Assembly: GCA_022707425.1 (NCBI GenBank)
Contig: JAKJAQ010000005.1
Location: 10,988 to 74,987, forward strand
Direction of reading: 5' to 3'
Source of the DNA: Candidatus Babelota bacterium
GTDB taxonomy: Bacteria > Babelota > Babeliae > Babelales > JACPOV01
DNA length: 64,000 nucleotides
The first letter of the stretch is position 1; each line of letters begins with the position of its first letter. The position numbers were made by a program, and so were the translations under genes. Positions 27,418-37,427 of the stretch are shown piece by piece. The notes beneath the pieces were generated by a model. It was given only the letters and a program-made list of their open reading frames with translations. It was not told the DNA's origin and searched no databases.

Positions 27418-28236
27418 ATGAAGTTCCAAATACATCATAATGAAAAACGTTACTTAACTATTATAACTCTCTTTAGTTTTATGATCTACGGAATAATTTT
27501 TCTTTGTGGGGTTGAATTAATTTTAGGTTTACTTCAAATAGGTGCAATTGGTTTCGGTATATATTTGTTTGCATCGTTATTCTTCATAGGTCACTTGCAG
27601 GGAAATGCTGTCAAAGTAGGCATGAAGCAATTTCCTGATATATATGAAATTGTCGAATCACACTCAAAAAAACTTAATCTGAAAAAAGTTCCTGATCTGT
27701 ATATTTTACAAGGTAACGGTGTGTTAAATGCATTTGCCACAAAATTTGCAAAGCGAAATTGTATTGTTTTATATTCTGATGTCTTGGAAGTTGCTTATCA
27801 AGAAGGAAAAGAAGCGGTTTCATTTATTATTGGCCATGAACTCGGTCATATCAAAAGAAATCATGTAGGTTTTTTTAAATCAATTATTTTATTGCCAGGA
27901 AGGCTTATTCCGTTGGTAGGGAATGCCTATTCAAGGGCATGTGAATATACGTGTGATAATATTGGTTACAATTTATGCCCTGAAGGAGCATTAAAGGGCA
28001 TGTTAATACTTGCAGTTGGTAAAAGATTGTACACGCAAGTAAATATTGATGAGCTTCCACTTCAAAAAAAATATGATGCACTTTTTGCTTTATCGTTTGC
28101 TGAAAAATTTTCAACTCATCCAGCGCTTGTTAAAAGAATAGCAATCGTTAAACGATTGAATCGTGATAATTTAATCTTAACTACTCCTTTTCATACTGCT
28201 GAAATTGCTATTAATCAACCAGATGCTAACAGATGA
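27418..28236 (+). CDS. M48-family zinc metallopeptidase (HtpX/Ste24-like)
   Basis: Two N-terminal TM helices; HExxH in IIGHELGHIKRNH; a downstream STHPALVKR block. Confidence 0.75.
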   Translation: MKFQIHHNEKRYLTIITLFSFMIYGIIFLCGVELILGLLQIGAIGFGIYLFASLFFIGHLQGNAVKVGMKQFPDIYEIVESHSKKLNLKKVPDLYILQGNGVLNAFATKFAKRNCIVLYSDVLEVAYQEGKEAVSFIIGHELGHIKRNHVGFFKSIILLPGRLIPLVGNAYSRACEYTCDNIGYNLCPEGALKGMLILAVGKRLYTQVNIDELPLQKKYDALFALSFAEKFSTHPALVKRIAIVKRLNRDNLILTTPFHTAEIAINQPDANR

Positions 28237-28277
28237 GCCAGTAATTTCTATTGAGTGATGGGTGTACAGGGAATATG

Positions 28278-28814
28278 TTACATACTAAGCCACTTGTCAA
28301 ACAAACGCGTTACGGAGCGCTGCTTTGTTGGAAAACTATTTCTATCTTTTGCCACCCACGCAAGTGAATGTGATTCTTCACTCAACACAATTGTTTCATC
28401 ACTTGTGACCTGTAGTAAAAAGCGCACATCATAATGATAATGCGCTGGAGTTACGTTGTTTGCAGGAATTAAATGAACATCAATATCAAAAATGTCGTTG
28501 CTTAATGGTTCAATTGCTTGAATTCCCGATTCTTCGCGCGCTTCTTTGAGTGCAACTGCTAATACATCTGATTCGCCATCGCAATGACCACCAAGTTGAA
28601 ACCACGCATTTAATTTTTTGTGATGCGTGAGTAATGCATGAGTTTTTTCTTTATTGAGCAACCAAGATGATGCAGTGATGTGCCCGACATCAAGTGTTCG
28701 TTCAAAACAATCTTGATGTTGATTTATGAAATCAATCATGCGCTTCTTGAATTCAACTTCTTCAGCTGCTGGTTGATAGTGTTGTAATAAGTTGAGTAGT
28801 TGAGATCGTTTCAA
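28278..28814 (-). CDS. NUDIX hydrolase
   Basis: The Nudix box GGHCDGESDVLAVALKEAREESGI fits GX5EX7REUXEEXGU. Confidence 0.85.
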   Translation of the reverse strand: MKRSQLLNLLQHYQPAAEEVEFKKRMIDFINQHQDCFERTLDVGHITASSWLLNKEKTHALLTHHKKLNAWFQLGGHCDGESDVLAVALKEAREESGIQAIEPLSNDIFDIDVHLIPANNVTPAHYHYDVRFLLQVTSDETIVLSEESHSLAWVAKDRNSFPTKQRSVTRLFDKWLSM

Positions 28815-29311
28815 GCAATGCCTTTTTTTGATGAATTCATTTCATCATGCGCGGGAGTGGTAAATATCAAAGTCATTAAAGCAGTTGATAATGCAAATGC
28901 GCTGATATAATGACAAAAATTTTCCATAGTATATAGTTTTTTTAGTTTTTTTGCGATTTTTCTTGTCGGCGAACTCCAGTCATAAAACTGCGACCAATTA
29001 ATATAATATCGATAATGGCTAGCAGCTGGATTTTCCCAAAAATTATTAAGTGATCGTTGCTGATAAGCTAAATAAGCAGTATGTTCTTGATACCAAGGAA
29101 TAAAAATATCCGCGAGCTGTTCACGTTTTCCAGCAAGGAGCTTTCCCAAGATGAAATAGGTTCCTGTGATTAAAAATGAAAGAGCATAAATAGTATTTTT
29201 GTTTTTTATTAATGCATTAATAATCGGTGGTTGTGCTTGTAAATTTGCGTTTGTCGTAAACAATAAATTACAAACTAAAAACAGACTAAAAATCTTTGAT
29301 TTTTGCATCAT
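28811..29311 (-). CDS. Hypothetical membrane/secreted protein
   Basis: A signal peptide plus internal hydrophobic segments; W/Y-rich. There is a 4-nt overlap with the downstream NUDIX gene. Confidence 0.5.
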   Translation of the reverse strand: MMQKSKIFSLFLVCNLLFTTNANLQAQPPIINALIKNKNTIYALSFLITGTYFILGKLLAGKREQLADIFIPWYQEHTAYLAYQQRSLNNFWENPAASHYRYYINWSQFYDWSSPTRKIAKKLKKLYTMENFCHYISAFALSTALMTLIFTTPAHDEMNSSKKGIA

Positions 29312-29572
29312 TATCTTTCATATTTTCTAGATTATTACCAAAATTAACTTTGTTGAACTTCTTTATTTTTTAGTATTTTAGCATATTCTTCAATTTCTTT
29401 ATGAAAATTCCACAATTTTTGAATAATAATTTCATAACGAATTTTAAATTCTGGTGATTCTGTAGCAAGCGATTTATAATCATGTTCATATTTATTTATT
29501 GATTGTTTTAATAAATCTCCAAAAAAAATATAACATCTTTAAAATCAATTAAAATTGTTGCAATATCAAAAT

Positions 29573-29836
29573 CTAATCCGCTTCATGTTGTTGTCTTTGT
29601 AATTCGGCGTTCAGGAGAAACGATTTTTTAAGTTCGTCTGCTTCAGCTTGCAGTTTTAAGTACTCATCATAATTCGGTTGAAACCCGCTTGTTTCATTAT
29701 TTTGATTTTGTTGTGAATTTATTTGACCAGAATTGATTTCATCGAGCTCTGGTAAATCAGATTGACAAAATAATTGATGTTTAACTATAGCAGTTAAAAT
29801 AAATAAAACGGTGAATGACCAAAGTTGTTTCTTCAT
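29573..29836 (-). CDS. Hypothetical small secreted protein
   Basis: Signal peptide MKKQLWSFTVLFILTAIV, then a Q/N/E-rich region. I recognise no family. Confidence 0.45.
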   Translation of the reverse strand: MKKQLWSFTVLFILTAIVKHQLFCQSDLPELDEINSGQINSQQNQNNETSGFQPNYDEYLKLQAEADELKKSFLLNAELQRQQHEAD

Positions 29837-29909
29837 GTAATACTCTCCAATTATGAGTTCATTACACGCGCAATTATAAATCTTTTAAAAAAAAATGATA
29901 GAAAATTAA

Positions 29910-32153
29910 TTATATTTTTTCTACAAATGAGGATTTGATTTTTTTAAGGCCGGCTTTGAATTGTGCAGTAAGAACCACATCATCATCACTGCGTTTATCG
30001 ATGTGTTTAATAATGCCAATACCAAACTTTGCATGTTTGATTGGTTGATTGAGTTGAAATGTGCAAGCAATTGTTGCTGCGCGCACATTTTGTGCAGGTG
30101 CGGTACTCTTTTCCGGCTCAGTTTTTGTACCAAACGTGCGAATGTGTGTTTTTACTGCAGTTGTGGTGCCTAACCAGTTTGAAAAAAATTGTTTCAATTG
30201 GTGTTCATGCCAAAATGATGCATCAGCTCGTTGTGCAAGATGATCGGGCATTTCACTTAAAAATCGTGAAGCAACTTGGTCAGTTGTGGTGCCAAAACTT
30301 GATCGGTAACGCACATGAGTGATGAGCAATCGTTCGCGCGCACGCGTAATGCCAACATAGAGTAAGCGCCGTTCTTCTTCTATCGATTCAAGTTGATGTT
30401 GTGCATGTGGGCTGGGAAATACTCCTTCTTCAAGACCAGTGAGCATGACCGTGTCAAATTCTAGACCTTTTGCAGCATGCAATGTCATTAAATGAACACG
30501 TTGTTCACCCTCATTCTTTTGCGCTTTTTCTTGCATCAATGTTACTTGCGCAAGAAAATCGGTAATTGAACTGATGCCAATATCATCAAAATGTTTTGTT
30601 GCGCGTAACAATTCTTTGCAGTTTTCTATTTTTTCGTGCGCTTGTTCAAGGTCGAATGCATGTTTGAGATAGTCAAAATAATCTATTTTTTTAATCAATT
30701 GTTCAATCGCATCATGAGCATTGCTTGTTGTGCTGCAACTGTTCATGTTGTGTATAAATTGTTTCAATGCCGTGCGCTTTGATGGAACAATGAGCGATTG
30801 TTCAATCAAATGATTCGCCACTTCATAAAATTGCCAAAATGGTTGTTGGTCCCACACCGCAAAAAATTCTTCAACAAAAACATCACCAAGTCCGCGGTTT
30901 GGACAATTAATAATGCGCGCAAATGCAACGCGATCAAACGGGTTTACCAACAAACGTAAATAGGCAAGCAGATCTTTAATTTCTTTGCGTTCATAAAATT
31001 GAATACCACCAATAATAACATAGGGAATTGAATGTCGGATGAGCGCTTCTTCAAGTGTTCGTGATTGATAATGTGCGCGATACAACAGTGCAATCGAATT
31101 TAGTTGTTGGTGAGTCCGCAGTTGTTTAATGCCATGCGCAATCAATTCACCTTCTTGATAGCTGGAAACACACGTGACAATTCGCACACGATCGGCACCT
31201 TCTTTGGTTGACCAGAGTTGTTTTGGTGTGCGCTGTAGATTGTATTTAATAATGTGGTTTGCTACCTGTAAAATTGGTTCAGCTGAGCGATAATTTTGTG
31301 CAATGGTGACCATTTTGGTGTCAGGAAAATCGGTTTTAAACTCTAAAATGTTGGCAACGGTTGCACCGCGCCATGAATAAATTGATTGATCTTCATCACC
31401 AACGGCACACAGTGAATCGATCGCAAAATCACCACCTGGAGTAAGTGCCATTTGTTTTAACAATTCGTGTTGAACACGATTAGTATCTTGATATTCGTCA
31501 ACAAGCAAATGGCGCACCGCTTGTTGGTGAAATTCTTTAAACGAACTGTCTGTTTTGAATAACTGGAGAATCTGTAAAAGCAAATCGTCAAAATCCAAAC
31601 ATTTGCTCAATTTTTTTTCATGTTCATACATCATGAGCACTTGTTTAACAAACGGATCCATAAAAGCATCACGATCTTGGTGATAATCGTTGCATTTGAG
31701 CAAACTTATTTGGTGCATAAGATTTTTTGGAGAATATCTTTTTTGGCTGCCGGTTTTTTTGAGAATTGAGGTAATCAATTGGAGTTGATCATCGGCATCC
31801 AAAATTGAAAATGTTTCATAACCGATTCGCGAACTGTGCACTTTCAATAAATACAAACAATAAGAATGAAAGGTGCCAATGAATAATTGGCGCGCATGGT
31901 GTGCCGATTGCGCTGCAATCCGTTCCTTCATTTCACCAGCTGCTTTATTGGTAAACGTCAGTGCAACTATTTGTTGCGGTATAACGGTGTTTTTTGAAAG
32001 CAAACGCATAATGCGTGAAGTAATAACACGCGTTTTACCTGAACCAGCACCGGCAATTACCAACAACGGTCCCGATTCATGAAGAACCGCTTGTTGTTGT
32101 GGCTCATTGAGATGATGCAAAAATGTATCGTGAGTTAATTGTTCATTTTTCAT
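29910..32153 (-). CDS. pcrA: ATP-dependent DNA helicase, UvrD/PcrA/Rep family
   Basis: Walker A AGAGSGKTRVITSR, the DEYQDT box, VGDEDQSIYSWRGA, MTLHAAKGLEFD and YVGITRA. Confidence 0.92.
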   Translation of the reverse strand: MKNEQLTHDTFLHHLNEPQQQAVLHESGPLLVIAGAGSGKTRVITSRIMRLLSKNTVIPQQIVALTFTNKAAGEMKERIAAQSAHHARQLFIGTFHSYCLYLLKVHSSRIGYETFSILDADDQLQLITSILKKTGSQKRYSPKNLMHQISLLKCNDYHQDRDAFMDPFVKQVLMMYEHEKKLSKCLDFDDLLLQILQLFKTDSSFKEFHQQAVRHLLVDEYQDTNRVQHELLKQMALTPGGDFAIDSLCAVGDEDQSIYSWRGATVANILEFKTDFPDTKMVTIAQNYRSAEPILQVANHIIKYNLQRTPKQLWSTKEGADRVRIVTCVSSYQEGELIAHGIKQLRTHQQLNSIALLYRAHYQSRTLEEALIRHSIPYVIIGGIQFYERKEIKDLLAYLRLLVNPFDRVAFARIINCPNRGLGDVFVEEFFAVWDQQPFWQFYEVANHLIEQSLIVPSKRTALKQFIHNMNSCSTTSNAHDAIEQLIKKIDYFDYLKHAFDLEQAHEKIENCKELLRATKHFDDIGISSITDFLAQVTLMQEKAQKNEGEQRVHLMTLHAAKGLEFDTVMLTGLEEGVFPSPHAQHQLESIEEERRLLYVGITRARERLLITHVRYRSSFGTTTDQVASRFLSEMPDHLAQRADASFWHEHQLKQFFSNWLGTTTAVKTHIRTFGTKTEPEKSTAPAQNVRAATIACTFQLNQPIKHAKFGIGIIKHIDKRSDDDVVLTAQFKAGLKKIKSSFVEKI

Positions 32154-32194
32154 ATGAAGTTAGTGTAGCGATGTTTTTATTTTTGTGGAGAAGA

Positions 32195-32232
32195 AAATAA
32201 AAAAAGCGGCCACTTTTTTGTGACCGCTTTGA
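32195..32232 (-). terminator. Rho-independent terminator after the coiled-coil gene
   Basis: On the minus strand the stem AAGCGGTCAC / GTGGCCGCTT pairs at 9 of 10 positions, with a 6-nt loop and a following TTTTTTTATTTTC tract. Confidence 0.6.
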
Positions 32233-32252
32233 AAAGTTATAATAATTGTTAA

Positions 32253-33668
32253 CTATTTTTTGTCTTCAATTGTTGGTTGTGCTTGCTTCGAGCCCCAGAA
32301 GTATCCGGTTAGACCAGAAAGCGAAAGGTATGAAGTATTGTTGTTGTTTTGACTAGGATTGAGTCGTTTATCCATTTTTCCAAGGTCAGTAGTCAATTGT
32401 GTAACAAGTTTTTCTTGTTCAGTTATAATGGGAGAGTTTGTTTTTTTCTTGTCGTTAAATGCAGTTAACAACGCTACTTTACGCGTAGCATCTTTTTCTG
32501 CAGTGTACATTCTTTCAGCCTCGGTAAGTTCGTTTTTTAATGCAGTTAAATACGTTGTAGCTGATTCTTTGCTTGCAAAGAATTCGCTGTAATCCTGTTC
32601 TTCAAGAGAATGCATAAGATTAATAGCGTCTTCAATTGTATCAGCTTCACTTTGAAGCTTATCATGTGCCGTACACATTTTTAGTTTTTCTGCGACTAAT
32701 TTATCAATTTGTGCTTGCAATGCAGCTGCAGCGTCAAGATTTGTTTTAATCTGTCCAGCAATTTGCTGTTGTGTTATTTGATTTGATTTGCGAAGTTCGT
32801 CTTTTGTTCTAAATTTATCATAAGCTTGTGTTTCGCCATCACTATCGTATTCAGCAAGTTTATAAAGACCATTAATTATTTCTGTTTTATCTTGTGCAGG
32901 AAGTTTGGCAATGATTGATTTAAGTAATTTAGCTGTTGCTGCAAGTTTTTTTCGTTCCTCTGAGCCACGCGCAAATTGTAATTTCAATGCCATAGCTTCG
33001 TACATCAGCCCTTTAAGTTGAATTTTATCTTGCAGCGACAATTCTTTTACGTCTTTAAATAATTCCGAAAGGTTTTTTGCTTGCTGCGATAATATTGATA
33101 ACCCAACTATAGGATTATTATCAACGACGAAGTATTCATCATCATTTGGTTTTTCTGAACGAGGCTTAGATGACTGCATAGCTTGGGCTATGTGTTGCAT
33201 CGTGGTCATTAGGCCGGTATTTTCTACTGATGGATTGTTAATAATTGGTGAATCAGTTAAATCTATTTTTTTGATTTCTGCCGTAACTTTAACGCACTCA
33301 TCGTTTACAGGGTTTTGTGAAATAGCATCTGGGTTGTAAAGAATAGGTTCGATCTGTTCTTTTTTGGTAACCCAATTTTGATCGAATTCTATTTCGACCG
33401 GTTCGATTTGACCAATAACTGGTGCTGTAATCTCTGGGTTGATGACCGATGGAACGAAATTTTGTAGGTCTATATTAATTTTTTTTTCAGATTGTGGAGA
33501 TGTATTTCCCTCTGATGAAGATGATATATTCGGAGCGGTCATTTCGACAGAACCGCTAATCTTTTCTTTTGCCTTTTTTTCAAAATCATATTGTCCTCTT
33601 TTGTTCATTGCTATTGCATACGGATTGAACATGCAAAGAAAGATTAATACGGAAGACAAGCATTTCAT
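32253..33668 (-). CDS. Hypothetical secreted coiled-coil protein (471 aa)
   Basis: Signal peptide MKCLSSVLIFLCMFNPYAIA, and a long K/E/Q/A-rich C-terminal half with a heptad character. I recognise no family. Confidence 0.55.
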   Translation of the reverse strand: MKCLSSVLIFLCMFNPYAIAMNKRGQYDFEKKAKEKISGSVEMTAPNISSSSEGNTSPQSEKKINIDLQNFVPSVINPEITAPVIGQIEPVEIEFDQNWVTKKEQIEPILYNPDAISQNPVNDECVKVTAEIKKIDLTDSPIINNPSVENTGLMTTMQHIAQAMQSSKPRSEKPNDDEYFVVDNNPIVGLSILSQQAKNLSELFKDVKELSLQDKIQLKGLMYEAMALKLQFARGSEERKKLAATAKLLKSIIAKLPAQDKTEIINGLYKLAEYDSDGETQAYDKFRTKDELRKSNQITQQQIAGQIKTNLDAAAALQAQIDKLVAEKLKMCTAHDKLQSEADTIEDAINLMHSLEEQDYSEFFASKESATTYLTALKNELTEAERMYTAEKDATRKVALLTAFNDKKKTNSPIITEQEKLVTQLTTDLGKMDKRLNPSQNNNNTSYLSLSGLTGYFWGSKQAQPTIEDKK

Positions 33669-33795
33669 AAAGACTCCTATTAGACGCCTTTTTTCTATTA
33701 CTCCTCATGCACTGCGCACGAGTTACTTATTGTATAGCTAATCCTGTGGGCGAAGTACATTATTTTGTGATTTTTTTTTTAACGTTCTTTTGTGC

Positions 33796-34917
33796 TTACT
33801 TTGACACTGAATTGTGATACGCTGTTGTCCATTTATCTAAAAAATCAATGAGCGGATCAAGACCGTGCGGTGCCGTAGCACTCACCAGCACATGTGGTTG
33901 AAATTGTTCAAGCTCATTTTGTAACTGTTGAGTTGGCGCAATTTTATCAACTTTGTTAAACACATAGAGCATTTCACCATTGACATCTAAATCAAGTAAA
34001 ATTTGATGCACTACTGCCATATGAAGTTTCCAATCAGGGTCAGCAATATCAACAACATGGAGCAATAAATGTGCATGCTGTAATTCTGCAAGTGTTGATT
34101 TGAATGCGTCAATCAAATGATGAGGCAATAATTGAATAAAGCCGACCGTATCAGAAATAAGACCTGCCTTTTTTTTGTTTAAAAAAAGTTCGCGCGTTGT
34201 GGTATCAAGCGTGGCAAACAGTTTATCTTCTGCAAGCACGTTGCTTTTTGTAAGTGCATTTAAAATAGTTGATTTGCCAGTGTTGGTGTAACCAATGAGA
34301 CAAATGAGCGGCAATTTGCTTTTTAGTCGTGATTTACGCCGCGTTTTTTCAAGCTGTACCAATTCTCTTTTGAGACGCAACATTAATGTTTCAATGTGGC
34401 GGCGTTCTTTTTCTTTTACTGTTTCACCAAAGCCGCTGCGCAATCCGACAACACCACCTTGTTGCGATAAATGAAGACCCTTGCCTGCAAGACGCGTTTT
34501 TTGATATTCAAGCATTGCAATGGCAACTTGAACTTTACCTTCTGCTGATTGTGCCGCTTTTTCAAAAATTTCTAAAATTAAATGAGTGCGGTCAAACACA
34601 CGAACATGCAAATAATCATTGAGATTACGTTCTTGCTGTGGGCTGAGCGGCTCTGAAATAATCACTTCAGTAATATTTTTTTCATCACAAATTTTTTTGA
34701 TCGATTCAAGTTGGCCAGTGGTGATGAATGTTGCTGGCTCGATGGTTCGCAATCTGAAAAAATAGGTTGCATCGTGCGAAACACCATTTGATTTAACTAG
34801 ATTGAGAAACTCTTCATAGTACGAATCAATGTTGGGAGTTTTATTGTATGGCGCTTGAATGCCAACAAGCAAAATGCGGGAACGATGTTCTTCGGGTCGA
34901 TAAAACGTGCGTGTCAT
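33796..34917 (-). CDS. hflX: GTPase HflX
   Basis: An HflX N-terminal domain, then G1 GYTNTGKSTILNAL, G3 DTVGF and G4 NKVD. Confidence 0.9.
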   Translation of the reverse strand: MTRTFYRPEEHRSRILLVGIQAPYNKTPNIDSYYEEFLNLVKSNGVSHDATYFFRLRTIEPATFITTGQLESIKKICDEKNITEVIISEPLSPQQERNLNDYLHVRVFDRTHLILEIFEKAAQSAEGKVQVAIAMLEYQKTRLAGKGLHLSQQGGVVGLRSGFGETVKEKERRHIETLMLRLKRELVQLEKTRRKSRLKSKLPLICLIGYTNTGKSTILNALTKSNVLAEDKLFATLDTTTRELFLNKKKAGLISDTVGFIQLLPHHLIDAFKSTLAELQHAHLLLHVVDIADPDWKLHMAVVHQILLDLDVNGEMLYVFNKVDKIAPTQQLQNELEQFQPHVLVSATAPHGLDPLIDFLDKWTTAYHNSVSK

Positions 34918-35097
34918 GCTTTTTTTCTTATTTGAGTAAAAATCTGTATACTAATGTTAAAGTGTAGCAGCTTTTTAGGGAAACTCAAAAAACAACCGGT
35001 AATGGGAACTACTTTGAATTGGTATCATTCTAGTAGGTAAAGGAATCGATCTTATTTTTTGATGAACAGAGACAAATGAACAAAAGAGAAGGAAAAA

Positions 35098-35490
35098 ATG
35101 AACATAAAAAAAATTATTTTATCAGCATTATTATGCGTGATGCCTTCAATGCAAGCAGGAATCACTGATGTGTCTAAGATAATCACCGGTGCAACTTTTG
35201 TGGTTGGTGGAGGGATTTTTGGATTAAAAGGCTATGAAGAATATAACAAGCAGAACCGAATGATCAAAAAAGTTGGTGACGGTGTAAAAAAAGTAAACAA
35301 AGAACTTGGTAAATTGACAGATAACATCGCCGGTGGAAATTTAAAAAAAGATGATTTCGAAGATGCGCTATTGGAAGCTGGCAATGGATTTGCAGATTTT
35401 TTTAAAAATAATGGAAAAACAATAGCTTATGGAATCGGAACGGTGAGCTCTGTTATTATTGGATTTAAATTGATTAAATCTGGATGGTAA
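35098..35490 (+). CDS. Hypothetical small secreted/membrane protein
   Basis: A signal peptide and Gly-rich hydrophobic segments at both ends. I recognise no family. Confidence 0.45.
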   Translation: MNIKKIILSALLCVMPSMQAGITDVSKIITGATFVVGGGIFGLKGYEEYNKQNRMIKKVGDGVKKVNKELGKLTDNIAGGNLKKDDFEDALLEAGNGFADFFKNNGKTIAYGIGTVSSVIIGFKLIKSGW

Positions 35491-35568
35491 TCATTATAGA
35501 TGACTTTACTCAATTGATAGAATCGGTACACTAAAACTGAACGAATATTTTATACCTGTGGTGCATCA

Positions 35569-36912
35569 ATGTTTGATTTTTTAACCGAAAAATTTTCTTC
35601 TGTTTTTTCCCGATTAACTGGACAACGGTATTTGACCGAAACGAACATTGCGCAAACGCTTGAAAAAGTGCATGAAGCACTTATTGAAGCTGATGTGCCG
35701 TTTTCGACAGTGAATGCTTTTATTGAACAACTCAAACAAGAAGTTGTTGGAAAAAAGGTTTTAACTACCCTCAACCCGGGCGAACAGTTTATAAAATTGG
35801 TTCACGATAAATTGGTTTCTTTTTTGGGTGCAGTTCCCGGTAATGATCAGTTTTTATTTAATAAAAAATCAACGGTGCTTGTGATGGGGCTGCAAGGTTC
35901 AGGAAAAACAACCACCATTGGTAAATTAGCGCACTATGCTTTGCAAACAGCGCATATGCGCAAACAACCTGCACCAAAAATTTTATGTGCATCGGTCGAT
36001 TATTATCGGCCAGCAGCAATTGATCAATTGGAAATACTTGCAAACAAAGCACGTGTTTCATTTTATCGCGCACAAAGCACCGATGTCGTTCAAGCAGCGC
36101 AAGAAATTGTGCACTTTTTTAAACAGCATGAATACACGCTTTTGTTTCTTGATACTGCGGGTCGGTTACATATAGATAATAATCTACTTGCCGAGTTGAA
36201 AGAAATTAATCAAGTTGTCCAGCCAAACACCACCTTGTTGGTGCTTGATGCAATGACCGGCCAGGAGTCGCTCCGAGTTGCTCAAGCTTTTGATCAAGCG
36301 GTTGGGTTTACGGGCGGCATTTTGACCAAAATTGACAGCGAAACTCGTGCCGGTGTCGCATTTGGGTTTTGCTTTGAACTGAAAAAACCGCTCCTTTTTG
36401 TCGGTTCGGGAGAAAAACTTGATGAATTAGAAGCGTTCCATCCAAACCGGATGGCAACGCGCATGTTGGGCATGGGCGATGTTCAATCGCTTCTTGAAAA
36501 GGCACAGCACAAAATTAAGCAGGTAGATCAGGAAAATTTAGAAAAATCGCTCAAAAATGGTGTCTTTACCTTGGACGATTTTGCAAAACAAATCGATATG
36601 ATGAACTCTTTGGGATCTTTTTCTCAAGTGCTCAAGTATATTCCAGGAGTTTCTGGCGCTGGCATTAAGCAAGAAGCGATCAGCCAAGGTGAATCGCAGA
36701 TGAAACAGTTTCGGGCAGTTATTAATTCAATGACTCGAAAAGAGCGTCTGAATCATCGATTACTTGATGGCTCGCGCAAGCAACGGGTGGCAAAAGGAGC
36801 TGGTGTACCGGTGTCGGTGATAAATATTCTCATCGACCGCTTTGAACAAATGCAACAATTTGTTAAACTAGTAAAAAAATCGGGAAAATTCTCCCCATTT
36901 AATCTTCGATAA
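35569..36912 (+). CDS. ffh: Signal recognition particle protein Ffh
   Basis: NG domain with GLQGSGKTTT, DTAGR and TKIDS..RAG, followed by a Met-rich M domain. Confidence 0.95.
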   Translation: MFDFLTEKFSSVFSRLTGQRYLTETNIAQTLEKVHEALIEADVPFSTVNAFIEQLKQEVVGKKVLTTLNPGEQFIKLVHDKLVSFLGAVPGNDQFLFNKKSTVLVMGLQGSGKTTTIGKLAHYALQTAHMRKQPAPKILCASVDYYRPAAIDQLEILANKARVSFYRAQSTDVVQAAQEIVHFFKQHEYTLLFLDTAGRLHIDNNLLAELKEINQVVQPNTTLLVLDAMTGQESLRVAQAFDQAVGFTGGILTKIDSETRAGVAFGFCFELKKPLLFVGSGEKLDELEAFHPNRMATRMLGMGDVQSLLEKAQHKIKQVDQENLEKSLKNGVFTLDDFAKQIDMMNSLGSFSQVLKYIPGVSGAGIKQEAISQGESQMKQFRAVINSMTRKERLNHRLLDGSRKQRVAKGAGVPVSVINILIDRFEQMQQFVKLVKKSGKFSPFNLR

Positions 36913-36937
36913 ATTTTCAATGAAAGGATTGCCTGCA

Positions 36938-37195
36938 ATGGCAGTTAAAATTAGAATGGCTCGTTTGGGCAAGAAAAATGCACCGTATTTTCGTATTGTG
37001 GCAGTTGATTCACGAAAAAAACGTGATGGTGCCTGCATAGAAGATCTTGGTACCTATAATCCAGCTTCAGGTGAACTGATTCAATTTCACGTTGACCGCA
37101 TTGAATATTGGATGTCAAAAGGTGCAATTCCTTCTGAAACGGTAAAACGTATTTATAAATCACAGAAAAAAAGCAGCGCAACAGTAGGTGCATAA
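36938..37195 (+). CDS. rpsP: 30S ribosomal protein S16
   Basis: MAVKIRMARLGKKNAPYFRIVAVDSRKKRDG..IE.LG.YNP is S16-like. I prefer the ATG at 36938. Confidence 0.9.
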   Translation: MAVKIRMARLGKKNAPYFRIVAVDSRKKRDGACIEDLGTYNPASGELIQFHVDRIEYWMSKGAIPSETVKRIYKSQKKSSATVGA

Positions 37196-37196
37196 A

Positions 37197-37427
37197 ATGT
37201 TAAAGCCGCTCGTTGAGCATGTGGTGCGCGAACTGGTCGACAAGCCTGATGCTGTCAAAGTGGAAGTATTTCACGAAGATCGCAAAGTACTTGTTGAACT
37301 AACCGTTTCTCCTGAAGACTTCAAGCGTGTTATTGGCAAAGAAGGGCGCGTAATCAAAGCGATTAGATCGCTGGTGTACGTGCTTTCTCCTGCTGATAAA
37401 GAAATTGTGGTCGATGTTGTACAATAA
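37197..37427 (+). CDS. KH-domain RNA-binding protein (YlqC/UPF0109 family)
   Basis: LVDKPDAVKVEV....V.VEL.V.PEDFKRVIGKEGRVIKAIRSLV; conserved position after rpsP. Confidence 0.8.
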   Translation: MLKPLVEHVVRELVDKPDAVKVEVFHEDRKVLVELTVSPEDFKRVIGKEGRVIKAIRSLVYVLSPADKEIVVDVVQ

